A stretch of DNA of 56,959 nucleotides, the filler included, from Sphacelaria rigidula (Eukaryota): the NCBI GenBank assembly GCA_964200075.2. It is 8 parts of 8 records of this genome, joined end to end, with 100 filler letters (N's around TTAATTAATTAA, not from the genome) between each part and the next. Parts side by side here need not be neighbours in the genome. Positions count along the whole stretch, not along the records: positions 42,796 to 49,827 come from CAXNAA020016853.1; positions 49,928 to 56,959 come from CAXNAA020016854.1; 6 more parts are not named here. One strand, written 5' to 3'. This document shows positions 48,323-56,959 of the stretch, one piece after another. The position numbers and the translations under genes are program-made. Each line of letters opens with the position of its first letter. Within the stretch, counting starts at the first letter, position 1. The notes beneath the pieces are model-generated. The model saw only the letters and a list, made by a program, of their open reading frames with translations. It did no database searches and was not told the origin of the DNA.

Positions 48323-49316
48323 GGGGCTGAACAAAAGATGAGGTTCAACACTAAAACAGAGCTTTCCCTGACCTAAAGTCGTGATAAATTACTTTCATGT
48401 GGACGACCTCATCCATCCGGACCTCCCTAAGACTACTTCGAGGGATTTCCAGCCTTCCGTTTCCCCAAAGGGTACAGTACTGGGCGCCTGAACGCTTGGA
48501 CGTTTCATTTTGTATTTTCTTCGTAATCGGCGATTTTCTTAGGCCCTTCCGATTGCCACCGCTCATCATGTTGGGGATCTGAACATGCTTGTATCCGCTC
48601 CACAGTCCAAGAAAACATATATCTACATGTGTACTCAATATCGAGTGAAGTACGGGCTGACCGGTCATCGGGGGTCCCGATACGTTTCAGCCCAGATTCT
48701 GACCCTTGGGTATTTTCGGTCGATCGAGCGTGTCCCGATCGTATTGGTGAAAAAATATGCAGATTATTTTTTTTCAAGTTATATCTACTCATTTCACTAG
48801 AGCATAAAATCTGTACTTCACAGCAAGTTAAACCCTCCCTCGTCCCGCGATGAAACCAACAAACTCTAAGTTGGACACTGAGGGGGGGCGTACTCATTTG
48901 TTGCTTGCCTTAGTCATTTGACCATTGACCACGCATCCCTTTCGAGACGGAGCACACTGAGGGGGGGGGAGATGAACGGTTCATTTATCCAAAATCTACC
49001 GACGCCGGCACTTTCGAGTTCTACCGAAGAGTAGTCGTGAGAAAGAACCCTCTGAACAGAAATTACTTCAGGCGCCCAGTACATGTGCGAAAGCACGATT
49101 TTTGGGCCAAAAAGCGTACTTTTTTTCACCCCGAAATCGAGGCAAAAATGTGCTTTCGCACGTATACCCTTCGGGGAAACGGAACTCTAGAAATCCCCCG
49201 AAATACTTTCAGGGAGGTCGGGAGAGATGAGGTCGTACAATGAGATTCCATTTATCATGACGTTAGGTCAGGGAAAGCACTGCTTTTGAGTTGAACCTTA
49301 TATTTTGTTCAACCCA
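48323..49316. mobile_element. About 1-kb non-autonomous DNA transposon with ~150-bp diverged TIRs
   Basis: gctttccctgacctaa..gacctcatc..ttccgtttcccc.aagggta pairs with tacccttcggggaaacggaa..gatgaggtc..ttaggtcagggaaagc. Confidence 0.75.
48889..48953 (-). mobile_element. 65-bp 5'-truncated poly(C)-LINE insertion, 14-bp TSD ACACTGAGGGGGGG
   Basis: TSD copies at 48875-48888 and 48954-48967. Confidence 0.92.
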
Positions 49317-49649
49317 GCGGTACATCGATTTCATTTTTGAAGCAACATAACCCCCAAATATTGAAAAATCGGGAAAAAGTGAGTTCGGGGGGGTTGGGCG
49401 TGGGGGGTTGGGCGTGGGGGGTTGGGCGCCGGGTGGCAGGTTTGTTCCACTTGCTTGAATTTAGTGTCGCTAGACTACTTCTTGACTTTAGCGTAGTTTT
49501 ACTTGATCTTAGCGTAGTTATCAGCTACTTGAATTTCGTGCAATCAAAGACTACTTGATTTTAATGTACAAATTGATTAACATTAGGTAATTGTATGGAC
49601 ACTGGAGCAACCAAACTGCAACAGCTTAGCTTATTTACGAATAGACAGT

Positions 49650-49827
49650 GCCGCCGCGCCCCGGTGGTGTAATGCTCCGACTATCGCCATTAGGGTGGAG
49701 AGAACGGGGGTTCGATTCCCGACGCGTTGGGGTTTTTCTTTGGAATGCATTATTTCCACCGTGGAAAACGTGAGAACGTGAGTAAACAAAAGTAGTCAAC
49801 TGGGTTTATGTGACGTGAGTTGACGCG
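49650..49827 (+). mobile_element. tRNA-derived SINE, same family as 46554, cut by a spacer
   Basis: Closely similar to 46554-46731. Confidence 0.88.
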
Positions 49828-49927
49828 NNNNNNNNNNNNNNNNNNNNNNNNNNNNNNNNNNNNNNNNNNNNTTAATTAATTAANNNNNNNNNNNNNNNNN
49901 NNNNNNNNNNNNNNNNNNNNNNNNNNN
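49828..49927. other. Artificial spacer
   Basis: N44-TTAATTAATTAA-N44. Confidence 0.99.
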
Positions 49928-49994
49928 ATTGTAGGGATGCGAGGTCAATGGTCTTATGACTATGGCATGCATGATCATGCGTACACCCTCCCCC
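49928..49994 (+). mobile_element. 3' end of the poly(C)-tailed SINE-like family (see 22020-22091)
   Basis: tgtagggatgcgaggtcaatggtcttatgactatggcatgcatgatcatgcgtacaccctccccc. Confidence 0.8.
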
Positions 49995-50418
49995 TTTTTT
50001 TTGGCCTAGTGCTCTACAAGTACTACATTACTCTTCCTGTTGTATGTTATGTTATTCCCGAGGCCGCCACGGCTGTGCGAGTGAGGGAGGGTGTTGCACC
50101 ACCTGCACTAATGTGGATGCAGCTGAAATCCTCTCGTTTCCCATGTTTACACACAGACTACCACCGTGATCTTCATAATGCGAAAACTGACTCGACACAT
50201 TTTTGTGAAATTCACTTGAAAATTTTATTGGAAAAATCTGTTCCTAGAAGACCACGACCACGACTACCATCACAGCAGGATTGCTGAATAATAACCTTTG
50301 CTGTTGATGTTGTGCTGCCTTCGCCCGTCCTGACCCTTCCTGACCCTCCATACCCCCCCCGCCTCCCCCGCGCTCCCCCCATATATATGTATCTATATAT
50401 TGGTTGTGAAAAAACAAG

Positions 50419-50576
50419 GTGACGGAACTTTGCACCGGCGGAGAGCTGTTCGACCGAATCATCGAAAAAACTGAATCGGACGAGGGCCGATACAGCGAAA
50501 GAGATGCCGTCCAGCTGGTGTCCAAAATACTCGGGGCTATTGCGTATTGCCACGATGTGCACAATATCTGCCACAG
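50419..50576 (+). CDS. CDPK/CAMK-family Ser/Thr kinase, exon (subdomains V-VIa)
   Basis: VTELCTGGELFDRIIEK...YSERDA...ILGAIAYCHDVHNICHR; gtacgg donor. Confidence 0.95.
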
Positions 50577-51318
50577 GTACGGAATCGAGGTCAGGGCGGG
50601 GGGCAGTAGTTGTTGAACGCAAAAGCGAAGATAAACAGCTGAGTGTAGGGGGTTTTGTTCATTCTGCGCACATATACAGTCAGCTTCTCGCACGAGGTCT
50701 TGTACCTGTATTAACCAACTCCCTTCCTCCTCCACAACTATGATTTTGATTATGACCCTGGTTCGTTTCATCACTCTCATACCCACCTTCCTACCTTCCT
50801 ACCTGCTTACCTTCCTACTCACCCCCCATACTGTAAAGAGAGGGGGGCGGGGGGCTTGAAAGAAGTCACGCGCGGGTTGCGATCTACTCGTAGGAACCAA
50901 CGATGTTCTTGATTCTGGATAAATGAGCTGAAACTGACAGGTAAGATATTATTTTGGAAGGCAAGGAGAAGGACGAGGAGTATAAGCGCTTCGGAAACAG
51001 TTGTTCCTACGACTGTACTGCGCCCAAACCGACCCATGAAGTCCCATTCTGAACACCAGGGTACGCTGGTCTACACTATTACACATTAACATTTGTATAC
51101 ATTGGAGAACAGATTATTTTTATTTGTGAAACGCCGCTCGTCTGTCGCAGATTGGGGGATAGATGGATGAATATCGAAAAAAGAAAATTGAAGAAGGTAC
51201 TAGCGAAGAATCTCGGCAGGGCGCACTCGATGCAGCAGTGCATGCTCTCGCTGGTAAAAGTCCGTTGACCAGGCGCCAACAATAGCTCACTAGAGCACGG
51301 CGCGAGAGCTGTGGGGGG

Positions 51319-51356
51319 CGTACTCATTTGTTGCTTGCCTTAGTCATTTGACCATT
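51319..51356 (-). mobile_element. 38-bp 5'-truncated poly(C)-LINE insertion, 16-bp TSD CGAGAGCTGTGGGGGG
   Basis: TSD copies at 51303-51318 and 51357-51372. Confidence 0.92.
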
Positions 51357-51741
51357 CGAGAGCTGTGGGGGGTGGGTAATTTTGTACTGTTGCCGCCACT
51401 TAGTTTTGAAGTAGCGTTTCCGTCACGCACGGGAGAGGAAGACTTTCGGTGGGGTGCACGTGATTCATCAGCAGATGTCAATTAGTGTTGTTGTTGCTTC
51501 CGCCGCCGCCGCTGCTGGTGCTGGTGCTGGTGCTGGTGTTGTTGACGTTGACGTTGTTGACATTGATGTTGTTCTTTCTTCGATGCCACGCCTGCCGAAC
51601 TTCAGACAGTAAGCACGTATCCGGTGTATTTCATACTACCCTATCGTGTCATCCCTTCATCAGTTTTATGCCCGACCAAACCGTGTCGTTGTCACCGCTG
51701 TGGTTGTTTCTGTTGCCACTTGTGGTGTTGCCACTGTTGTT

Positions 51742-51755
51742 TACTGCTGCTACTG

Positions 51756-51790
<35 letters not shown>
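51742..51790 (+). repeat. (CTG)n microsatellite, intronic
   Basis: Read directly from the sequence. Confidence 0.9.
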
Positions 51791-51914
51791 GTTGCTCCGT
51801 GCATCTTTCTCGCGCGCGCTCTGTTGCGCTCCGCCCTGGATTGTGATTCATGGGGGGGCGGAACAAAAACATATGAATCAAAACGAACAAACGAACATAC
51901 GAAACAAAAAAAAG

Positions 51915-51972
51915 GGACCTGAAGCCGGAGAATTTTTTATTCAAGAACCGCGACAACGACGACGAAATAAAG
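51915..51972 (+). CDS. Kinase exon (catalytic loop)
   Basis: (R)DLKPENFLFKNRDNDDEIK; phase-2 join completes HRDLKPEN; donor must be GC (gcaggt). Confidence 0.92.
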
Positions 51973-53121
51973 GCAGGTTTTACAGCCCTGTACGTAGATA
52001 GCAAGGGCGGGGCCGACCTGTTGTTTTTGAGGTCGGTTTACCCCCATTTCGTGTACCCAAATCCATGGTTGACGCATTTTTCACACAACTCTAACCCTAA
52101 CTCTAACACTGACCCCAGCCAAAGCATACCGAGAACACCTTCTGGCAAGGCTCTGCAAAGGGTGCTCTAGGCAAAACGGGTTTTTGCAGACCTCAAATCG
52201 GCGCCTGTGGCGGAGGTTTGGACAATGATGCGTTCCGTGCTCGCTAGGATTCACTCCGGACTGTGAGCCCCACTAAAGATCCGAATCTCGGTGGTCGGCA
52301 CTCAAATGCGGCATTTTTCAACCATGAATTTGGGTACGCAGACGAATTGGGGGTAAACTGTACCGGTTGTTTTCAAGAAAACAGAAGGGGTGCCCATTCG
52401 CAAGTCTGTGTTTGCTCGTACTTGGATCGATCGATCGACGGACCAATCTATTGGTTGATTGTCGCACATGAAATGATGCCCCACGTATCCGGCCGGGGTC
52501 GCAAGATTTTTCACGCACCCAAGGTTTTGAAAGTGGGTGGTTGGCTGTGAGTACTCTTAGCTCTAGATTTGTTCTCATAGCGAGAGATTGCCGATTGTTT
52601 GGACAGACCTTCGGTCAGATGTGTACCGAAACTAACCAAGAAATAGGCGTTAGGCTACGGTTGGCGATACTGTAAGCCTGTGGAGTATAACCGATATTGT
52701 AGTTCTACGATTTCTCCCTCTCACTCTCTTTCCCTGTCTCTCCCTCTTTTTCCCTCTTGCTTTTTTTTCTTTCCGATCTGCACGTTCAAGATATTCTACC
52801 GTGGGTTTTTATTCTCAGGTCATGTGTCCATGTTTATACGTTTGTCGTTAAAGATGCCAATTTTTTTGCACGTAATGATCTCGCGCGCATTTTTCCATCT
52901 CAGTTGCGCTCGTTTTTCGTTATACGTATAGTAGGTTATTATTCAATTTGTGTACGTTGTATGTGACCACGACTTCAAGATATTCGGGCAAATGTGCGGA
53001 AATCATGACAAAAATAATACTCACAAAATGAATGGATGCCTTTGCCCCCAAGCTCTGACTAGCGTCACAAGCTCTTGTGATCGTGTTTTTTTTTTTTTCC
53101 TTGTTGTTTTTTCGGGAACAG

Positions 53122-53194
53122 ATCATCGACTTCGGACTCTCGCGCTTTGAGGAGACCAACATGAACATGACCACAAGAGTTGGCACACCCTACT
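53122..53194 (+). CDS. Kinase exon (DFG and activation loop)
   Basis: IIDFGLSRFEETNMNMTTRVGTPY; aacag acceptor, gtgagg donor. Confidence 0.95.
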
Positions 53195-53586
53195 GTGAGG
53201 AAAAAATGTTTTTTTTTTCACGTAATGTTTGAAAGAATACAGTGGTGTGTATAATATAATATGTACGTGTTGTGTTCCGTCCAACATGAATTTTCCATTA
53301 TTTTGCCCTGCATGAAAGTGTACTTTTCTCGAGGTGGGGCCGGTTATTTGGACATCCGAAAGCACCGCTGAAGGCCCTGTCTCCAGGCGCCGGTAACCAT
53401 GGAGAGCTTTTGTTTGCTTCTTCGCTCCTTGCCTCTTTTGTATCTGAGTATCCTCTAAAAATCGTTCCGTTTTTACTAGGGGGGTGTACTTTTCAGAGGA
53501 CGATTCTGACACCGGATCTGGACAGCTCTCCGAATTCGCGCGACGAACATTTTCTCGGAATATTTGTGGAGTTTTCACTCCACAGG

Positions 53587-53908
53587 TCGGACAACTCACG
53601 AGTCAACTCAGTTACCGTTGTATAACTCACCCGGCCAGAATATGCACCGCTGAGCGATATCGCATAATTCACCCGACCAAGATAGGCACCGAGGACTTGT
53701 GTTGTTAAACCCACCCGGCCAGAATATGCGCCGCTGGACCATGTTATATAAGTCACCCAGCCAGAGTATGCACCACCGAGTCATGTTGTATTAACTCACC
53801 CGGCCAGATGTATGCATCGATACGTTGTGTTTTGTAACTCACCCGGCCGGAATATGCACAGCTGGTTTAGGTTGTATAACTCGAGTTAACCTGAATTGAG
53901 TTGTCTGG
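53587..53908. mobile_element. TIR element (gacaactca...tgagttgtc) filled by a ~42-bp minisatellite
   Basis: Six or more units of gttgtataactcacccggccagaatatgcacc; a second copy lies at 42272. Confidence 0.8.
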
Positions 53909-54683
53909 CGTGTGGATTTATTGTCAACGCAGCATCCGTTGTAAGGAAAAAAAGTCGAGGCTGTGATTTTGATTTTTTTCTAGAAGGTCTCCAGGCTGGA
54001 CTCTGTTTTGAACTCAAGAAAGTTTATTCTTTCCGCTGTCGGTCCTGGCCGGAGACGTTTTCATTTATTAATTTTTTTAAACAAGAGGTTATCATGATCA
54101 TGAAGAAATGAAAGAATTGTGCTGGATGGACCATATGTGTAGCGGTATAGAAAGCATGACCTCGTGCTCAGCCACCCACATGTGCAACATCAGCACTTTC
54201 ACGTTCTACAGATGTCATGATTTATTGCCAAGATGAGTGTTTATCTGTAGAGTTTTTGAAATATATGTATTGTGGAGAAAAAACTTCGTGCACGTGTTTT
54301 CGAGAAAAGTGTGCATGAAGTGTTCCAGTAAAACCATCAGCCATGATCAAGCACATTTGTGTGAATATATATATATTAGTGTTACGTCATGCCTGGTGTT
54401 TGAGATTCGATTTATATGGGTAAGCTTAGGTTTGTTCGATTTAGGTTTCGTCTTGTCTCACGATCTTGAGCGTTTTCATACAGTAGTTCCGATCAGGTGC
54501 AAATGTGAACTGTTCCGAAATCGTGAACCATCACTGATTGTATTATTTATTATAATTATTATTATGATTATTATGATTATTATTTTTTTCTTGATTTATC
54601 GTCAATTATTGCGTCAATGTTTTTTCGTCATTTTTTCCTTTTTGTTGTATCTGCTTCCTCTTTTGCCCTCTTTTTTCTTGCAG

Positions 54684-54728
54684 ATATCGCGCCAGAGGTG
54701 CTCGGCCGTAACTACACAAAGGCATGCG
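54684..54728 (+). CDS. Kinase exon (APE motif)
   Basis: (Y)IAPEVLGRNYTKAC(D); ttcttgcag acceptor, gtaagt donor; phase-1 join. Confidence 0.95.
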
Positions 54729-54871
54729 GTAAGTAATTCAGTCAATAATGTTATAACGCTGCTGCTCTCGTCACTGGGTGACCTACTCTCGCGGCGCGCC
54801 GTACGGTTGTGGGCACATACACCTTCTGTGAACGATATATTATGACGTGGTTCACGGAATCGTGGGGTTAA

Positions 54872-54975
54872 CCCTTAGACCGCGAGGGTATAATGGTCCA
54901 TCTGGATCATTGATACTTTTCTTCACGTGAATGTGGTACGAATTCAACAGATGACCTACTCTCGCCGTCTAAGCG
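54872..54975 (+). mobile_element. piggyBac-type mini-MITE, TIR CCCTTAGACCGCGAG
   Basis: TTAA|CCCT...; decayed right end ctcgccgtctaagcg|ttca. Confidence 0.75.
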
Positions 54976-55033
54976 TTCATGAACAATTACGAAGACTATT
55001 GGATATATGTGAAGGGAGAGTGCTGGGCTTTCT

Positions 55034-55370
55034 ACGGGGATACGGGATGGGACGGGACGGGACGGGACGGGGATTCGCATTCCGCTGAGGGCAACGGGAC
55101 GGGAACTTTTGGCATAACTTGATAAAACAGGACATTTGATTAATTTTGATTGATTGTGATTGATTATGATTGATTGTCACACTCTCACTGATTCCCCAGA
55201 GACCCAGCAGTGGTCACATCATAGACTTACCCGAGAGAGACCGGACGGGGAAAATGATAATGTTCAGGAAAGGTGCGGAAACGGACGGAAATTGTCACTT
55301 CCCCCAAAGACGACGGGACTGAACAGAACGCGACAGGAAAATTTGAGCACGTTTCGGGACGGGACTGCGG
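55034..55370 (+). repeat. GGGAC pentanucleotide-rich repeat, probably part of a non-autonomous element
   Basis: (GGGAC)4 plus scattered cgggac motifs. Confidence 0.6.
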
Positions 55371-55573
55371 TTATTGCGTGTGTGTGTTGTTTGCGCATGC
55401 AGTGCACGAGGTAATCGGAAGGGCTTTTGTCAAAAATTGAATGGCATGCCACTCTCCCCCCACCCGTGATTTTGTCGTGTTGCGATTCAGCATAGCGAGA
55501 CTCCACTCGTGTCGAACTTTCGTTCTATACGACCTACTACATACTGACGTTGCATACAGCTCAGAAACGGACG

Positions 55574-55759
55574 CCCTCGGCGAAACAGGACGGGGATAAG
55601 ATGTATAGAAGGTTCTTGTGTAATGTATGGAGGTAACGTAATGAGCACCTAAATGTTGGGGTGCCTCTATTGGGAGTAGGAACGGTACTTTGTCTCGAAA
55701 GGGATGCGTGGTCAATGGTCAAACGACTGAGGCAAGCAAAAATGAGTACCGCCCCCCCC
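55574..55759 (+). mobile_element. Longer 3' fragment of the poly(C)-tailed LINE, encoding the ORF2 C-terminus
   Basis: PSAKQDGDKMYRRFLCNVWR*RNEHLNVG...SRKGCVVNGQ then a C8 tail. Confidence 0.85.
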
Positions 55760-56101
55760 GCTGCCTTTCCTGATGAAGTCGTTTTCGTAAGGAAGAAGAA
55801 AGAAAACACCAAGGAAAGTCCACACCATCATGCTGGTTATTCATCATCCATCATTATTTGCCGCTTTTCTCTCAGCAGTTTGCAATTTTCTGTTACTCCC
55901 TCTTTTTATTTGTTTCTGATTTTCATCAGAGGGGCGGACAGTCGTGTACAGAATCCTATGCCCCGAACTGTATCTTTGAATTTTCACCAACGACTACATC
56001 TTGTTGCCCCCCCCCCCCGCGCGCACCCTCCGTTTTTCAAGAATACAGGGTAAGACATGAGTCCAGTCCTTAATTTTCAGTAGGGGTAAAGTCTCTCCTA
56101 A

Positions 56102-56199
56102 CCCTTAGACCGCGAGGTAAGTCTTCTGTTGAATCGGCATCAATTTCAAGTGAAGAAAAGTATGCATGACCCAGAAAGACTTCTCTCGCGGTCTAAGGG
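56102..56199 (-). mobile_element. piggyBac-type mini-MITE (98 bp), inverted relative to 54872
   Basis: ctaa|CCCTTAGACCGCGAG...CTCGCGGTCTAAGGG|ttaa. Confidence 0.88.
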
Positions 56200-56897
56200 T
56201 TAAGCAGGTTGTTGGAGTTGCAGTCACGTTGAGTTCTGTGTAATTTCACTGTACGTGCTGTCGTTTGTCTGTTTTATACGTTTGTCGCACTGTTGCGGTG
56301 TTCGTGAGGGCTCGCATGAAAGGATCGTACGCATCAAATCACACGTGACATGAACTCTGAACACACAAAATCCATGTAGCAGAATGGGAGAAAACATGCT
56401 TCGTCGGCACGTTACTCTCCTCCAGTGCACGGTGGACAAGCTCTGCCTTAGGCAGCTAGTTTCCATTCTTCCTGGGGGCAAATAAGTCTGCACATCACGT
56501 TTGGTTTGCACGGTCGACAGTCTCGTCCCAAACACGTGCTGAACATAGCATACAGATCTTCTACTTGTCTCATGCACACGCGAAAATTGTCAAGGCATGT
56601 TCACCTGCAAGGTAACGCCTATGGCGGGGTTGTACGTAGTACACCTTTTTGACAATGTAATCTGCTGTTCAGGGCGTGGAATGCTTCCAGTCGACCTGTA
56701 TTTCTACGCAGTATGTATGTCTTCCTCCAAATATTGTTTGTCATATTGAAGAGAGAGCTCACTCGTAAGTGTGTAACCATTGTACAATGATTTCTTTTAT
56801 TGTTCGCATGCATAGAAATCGCGGAGGCATTAGTGTTCTCTACCCCGGCTTGAATCCAATGTGGCCTTGTACCCCCGCCCCCCCCCCACCTCCCCTC

Positions 56898-56959
56898 GTG
56901 CTCCGTCTCGAAAGGGATGCGTGGTCAATGGTCAAATGACTAAGGCAAGCAACAAATGA
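56898..56959 (+). mobile_element. Poly(C)-LINE 3' end, cut by the window edge
   Basis: gtgctccgtctcgaaagggatgcgtggtcaatggtcaaatgactaaggcaagcaacaaatga, preceded by a C-run. Confidence 0.9.

Noticed and set aside
53617-53880. CRISPR-like repeat-spacer appearance
   Set aside because: Repeats are degenerate, the linkers are short and related to each other, the array is bounded by TIRs inside a eukaryotic intron, and there are no cas genes
55769-55935. CTGATGA motifs as possible hammerhead ribozymes near the poly(C) elements
   Set aside because: No properly placed GAAA with pairing stems I-III

Overview
Eukaryotic, repeat-rich DNA, most likely from a brown alga (Phaeophyceae). This is an inference from the short exons with kb-long introns, the ankyrin C-terminal motif and the LINE/Copia peptide signatures. 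The window is not one locus. It is eight fragments of 7032-7033 bp joined by seven identical 100-bp spacers (N44-TTAATTAATTAA-N44), so nothing should be linked across spacers. Host genes: four exons of a CDPK/CAMK-type kinase (with a probable GC-AG intron) and three exons of an ankyrin-repeat gene. Retroelements: an LTR-bounded but internally deleted Copia with 5-bp TSD, three decayed Ty3/Gypsy elements, LINE remnants and tRNA-derived SINEs. DNA elements: many foldback/MITE elements and weak remnants of Tc1/mariner, piggyBac and Crypton-like enzymes. Most notable is a non-LTR retrotransposon family ending in poly(C) rather than poly(A). Its ORF stops 5 nt before the tail, it inserts at C/G homopolymer runs with 14-17 bp TSDs, and a SINE-like partner shares its 3' end. 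Also notable are ~445-bp near-perfect foldbacks with 4-bp TSDs, a TTAA-flanked foldback with Pol III-like boxes in its loop, and a possible degenerate dUTPase fold in a very long Gypsy polyprotein. No CRISPR, rRNA or complete tRNA gene is supported. Most ORFs in the supplied track are spurious.
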